Of a stretch of 42,979 bases of DNA, positions 40,492 through 42,979 are shown one piece after another. Origin of the DNA: an archaeon (GTDB lineage: Archaea; Nanobdellota; Nanobdellia; Woesearchaeales; JBDRIN01). A model generated the notes under the pieces. The model made no database searches. It was not told the DNA's origin and saw only the letters and a list, made by a program, of their open reading frames with translations. The translations under genes were made by a program, and so were the position numbers. Each line of letters begins with the position of its first letter. Position 1 is the stretch's first letter. The stretch lies in the NCBI GenBank assembly GCA_043815805.1, contig JBDRIN010000076.1, positions 1-42,979 on the forward strand, given 5' to 3'.

Positions 40492-42979
40492 TTAGGGATG
40501 CCATCCAGTCGATGTACAAGTGAAGCCGCCTATTGGCGGAGCGTTGAAGGCAACATATATATCTGTGCCGGCATTGTTGATCATATCCCCACAATCATAG
40601 AATCTACCACCATAACAGAGCAAATATTGTGTGTGATCTCCTTCTGCCATCAAATCTCCATTGTAGCAGCAATAGTTTCCTGCGCCTGGATCCTGGTAGT
40701 CCTCGTTGCTGTTGCCATCGTCGCAGCATTGGTTAAAGCCGAACCATGCGCCTTCGCCTGCTTCGCAGGTGCATATGAACTCAATCTGCTCTTCGTTATC
40801 TAAGTAGTATCCATTAACGCACGCCCCGATAGCAGATCCTACTTCTCCGTCGCAGCCATTATCTCCTGGTTGGCAGCAGAAGCCGGGGCCAGTAGCATTT
40901 TCCACCCAGCAGTATCTCTCGTTGACCTGGCATTCTTCTTTTCCAGGTGTGTATGTGCAGTTGCATCCCCTTATACTCTCGTCTGGGTCGTCGAAGTCGC
41001 AGAAATCATTGCAGAAACCCGTTGTCCCTACGCATTGGCCTGCTTGTTGGGTGTCGCATTCATTTGATATTGTCTCTCCGCATTCATCTGTGCAATAGCA
41101 CCCTTCGATTTTTGGCTGCGAACATGTTCCGTCATTGCATAACCCCTGGCATTTGAATTTTGCAGGTTCTTTGAATTCGTTCAGATCTGAGCATTCTGGA
41201 TCATGCTGGCATATGCCTATCGCCCCTGGCCGGCTGTAGTTCAGCTCGAATGTCATGCCTGTTGTGTAATTGACACATTGCACTTGGTCGAAGAAAGGCC
41301 CTTCTTGTGGAGGCCCTTGGCATCTCTCTTCTTCACCAGATAATTTATCATTACATTCTTCTATGACTGCTTGTATTTCCTCTGCAGCTCCGCTGCAGAC
41401 ATTTCCTCTTGTGTTAGAACAATATCTTGTGTAATTGCTCTTGTAGATGTCGTTGTCGAAAGGATAATTTGGTGCAAGCCCAGGTTCATAATCCAAAGGG
41501 ATAGAGTTGGGGGGCATTGGTGTGTTCATGAAGTTTGACCTGTCAAAGTCAAAGTATCCCCCGTAAAGCAGGTCTGTGAAACAAGCTTTGTCGATATCAT
41601 AATAAGTATAATCCTCTCTGCAGCATGTGTGATTTGCTAAGTAAGGGTTTATATTTGGGTCATTGTAAGGATAAGATGCGCTGTAGTTCCTATGGGGAAC
41701 GCATTCTGTTACGTTCACTATTAGATAATCTGGGGGTCCCCAAGTTATAGTTTCCAGGTCGCTGGCAGCTGTCAAGGAGATGTTATGCATCCCTGTGAAC
41801 TTGAAGAAAAATTGGTTTGGGTTGCTTTCTATGGTCGCTGCTGGATACACCTCGAAGGGCATATACAAATTTTCTTTTCTGGTTATGTTGTGGAAACCAT
41901 CCAATAGGTCTGTCCAGTTGTAGAGCAGCATCCTTGATAGGTAGACTGTTGAACCGCTGGAATCAAGAGTATATGGATCTTCTATAGAAGATCTGTTGTT
42001 ATCTATATCTGAGAAGTTGTTCTTGCCTGTTGCGTTGGCGTGCGGCAGGTCATAAATCAGTATGGTTATGTTTTGCCAGTCTTCAAGCCCGAAGTCATCT
42101 TCAATCCATATTATGGTGTGGTGTATGCCTGTATCATTGAACTCTGGCATATAACCTGCTCTTCTTTCAGTATCTTGGAATTCTACAGATGTGCTCCAGG
42201 ACTTCGGGTTGTCTTCTTCCCTGTCAAAGCAGATGTCTCGGTTATCCCACAGCTCAGTCAGGTTGGAACAATCGACTGTGCCCGGTCCTGCGTCGCAGCA
42301 ATCAGGTTTGAAACGGTCCCAATAGTCTTCTCTCCATGCTTTGTAAGAATAGATTATGCGGTCTTCGTCAGGATCATAACCTCGAGGATCAAGTATCAAT
42401 GGAACGCCTTCACTTCCTATGATATCAAACCAGCTTGAGCGGGTTTCGTGGATATAATCCAACGCTGGCCTCCTGTTCTTTATGGCGAACTGATAGACAT
42501 ATGGCTTGTTCCTGACTAGGGATTCGTTGTCTATTATCTGGAATACATCATCGTATTTGCCGAAGGTGCAGAGCGTGGAGCATGGCTTCTCGACAAATCT
42601 GAACGTCATGTTTTCCAGGTAGGAGAATACTTGTGCACGTGTGGAGTAGAATTCTTCTGTCTTGTTGTAGAAGATGTTCTTGGCGTCGCGCTTTATTATG
42701 GTCTGGGCCAGTATGTACATCTCCTTGAGCCTTACAGGAGATCTTATCTGGAAATCTCTTCGGATAGTTATTGGTTGTCCTCCCTGGACGCTGACCAGGA
42801 ATGGGTAGCTCACGTTCACGTTAAATCCTTCTCTTCCGAAGATAACAGTGCTTTGAGGTTCGTTCAGGACTTCTATGTTAGTTCCTAGCTCTTCAAATAC
42901 TGAGAAGTTGACGCATTCCTGTATCTTCTTTGAAATGTAGTATTCCATCTGGTCTTGTGTTGAAACATTCTGGCCGATG
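40492..42979 (-). CDS. Large surface protein with a Cys-rich C-terminal third; the reading frame is open to the right window edge, so the N-terminus is probably outside
   Basis: The track ORF (818 aa) starts at M 42948, but the 31 nt upstream (IGQNVSTQDQ) have no stop. The C-terminus has CQGLCNDGTCSQPKIEGCYCTDECGETISNEC and QCCDDGNSNEDYQDPGAGNYCC. Confidence 0.65.
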   Translation of the reverse strand, partial: IGQNVSTQDQMEYYISKKIQECVNFSVFEELGTNIEVLNEPQSTVIFGREGFNVNVSYPFLVSVQGGQPITIRRDFQIRSPVRLKEMYILAQTIIKRDAKNIFYNKTEEFYSTRAQVFSYLENMTFRFVEKPCSTLCTFGKYDDVFQIIDNESLVRNKPYVYQFAIKNRRPALDYIHETRSSWFDIIGSEGVPLILDPRGYDPDEDRIIYSYKAWREDYWDRFKPDCCDAGPGTVDCSNLTELWDNRDICFDREEDNPKSWSTSVEFQDTERRAGYMPEFNDTGIHHTIIWIEDDFGLEDWQNITILIYDLPHANATGKNNFSDIDNNRSSIEDPYTLDSSGSTVYLSRMLLYNWTDLLDGFHNITRKENLYMPFEVYPAATIESNPNQFFFKFTGMHNISLTAASDLETITWGPPDYLIVNVTECVPHRNYSASYPYNDPNINPYLANHTCCREDYTYYDIDKACFTDLLYGGYFDFDRSNFMNTPMPPNSIPLDYEPGLAPNYPFDNDIYKSNYTRYCSNTRGNVCSGAAEEIQAVIEECNDKLSGEEERCQGPPQEGPFFDQVQCVNYTTGMTFELNYSRPGAIGICQHDPECSDLNEFKEPAKFKCQGLCNDGTCSQPKIEGCYCTDECGETISNECDTQQAGQCVGTTGFCNDFCDFDDPDESIRGCNCTYTPGKEECQVNERYCWVENATGPGFCCQPGDNGCDGEVGSAIGACVNGYYLDNEEQIEFICTCEAGEGAWFGFNQCCDDGNSNEDYQDPGAGNYCCYNGDLMAEGDHTQYLLCYGGRFYDCGDMINNAGTDIYVAFNAPPIGGFTCTSTGWHP

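Noticed and set aside
16880-42979. Diversity-generating retroelement (DGR) targeting the large surface proteins.
   Set aside because: There is no reverse-transcriptase ORF in the window, and I could not see a near-identical template/variable repeat pair by eye. This cannot be excluded without a self-alignment, so the decisive test is a dot-plot or blastn of the window against itself and the whole contig.
1-42979. CRISPR arrays, tRNA/rRNA genes, IS elements, integrases or prophage boundaries.
   Set aside because: I found no regularly spaced direct repeats, no T-loop/acceptor-like sequences in the few intergenic gaps, and no transposase- or integrase-like ORFs. The eye scan is not exhaustive, so tRNAscan-SE and Infernal would settle it.

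Overview
This window is almost entirely coding and looks archaeal. RadA, an OB-fold/Zn-ribbon RPA, a 200-aa archaeal-length uS2, TATA/BRE-like promoters and GGAGGTG-type SD sites support that. A DPANN-like episymbiont is my inference only.

Positions 1-16.8 kb are a housekeeping/accessory mix:
- purQ (cut by the left edge and missing from the ORF track) and a PurS-PurL fusion.
- An alpha/beta hydrolase, a 53-aa DUF21/CNNM gene remnant, rps2 and the 2',3'-cyclic phosphodiesterase ThpR/LigT.
- A TRAM protein with a ~105-aa poly-acidic tail.
- A duplicated DUF4382 lipoprotein and a VapBC (PIN/AbrB) module.
- radA with an unusual P-loop, and a small PC4-like protein.
- A four-gene envelope module: processive GT2 synthase, deacetylase-fold protein, CCGDD Cys-rich membrane protein and YdjM-like hydrolase.
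- RPA.

Positions 16.9-43.0 kb are the stand-out. It is one uninterrupted minus-strand cluster of 21 genes.
- At least 16 begin with an archaeal class-III (type IV prepilin-like) signal, K/R-K/R-G/A then Q/N/F/V/M/I plus a hydrophobic helix. They range from 43 to 1013 aa.
- They include an unannotated 43-aa 'headless' pilin and four consecutive paralogs with a conserved six-Cys head.
- The terminal gene fuses a pilin-type N-terminus to M23 endopeptidase and lysozyme-like murein-hydrolase modules.
- Upstream lie three very large Cys-rich surface proteins (>818, 1935 and 1085 aa).
- The few non-coding gaps hold a three-hairpin terminator-like block and a leader with mutually exclusive hairpins, one of which sequesters the SD.
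- No pilus ATPase, platform protein or prepilin peptidase is in view.

I found no rRNA, tRNA, CRISPR array, transposase or integrase. All family calls come from motif recognition by eye, with no database search, and need profile or structure confirmation.
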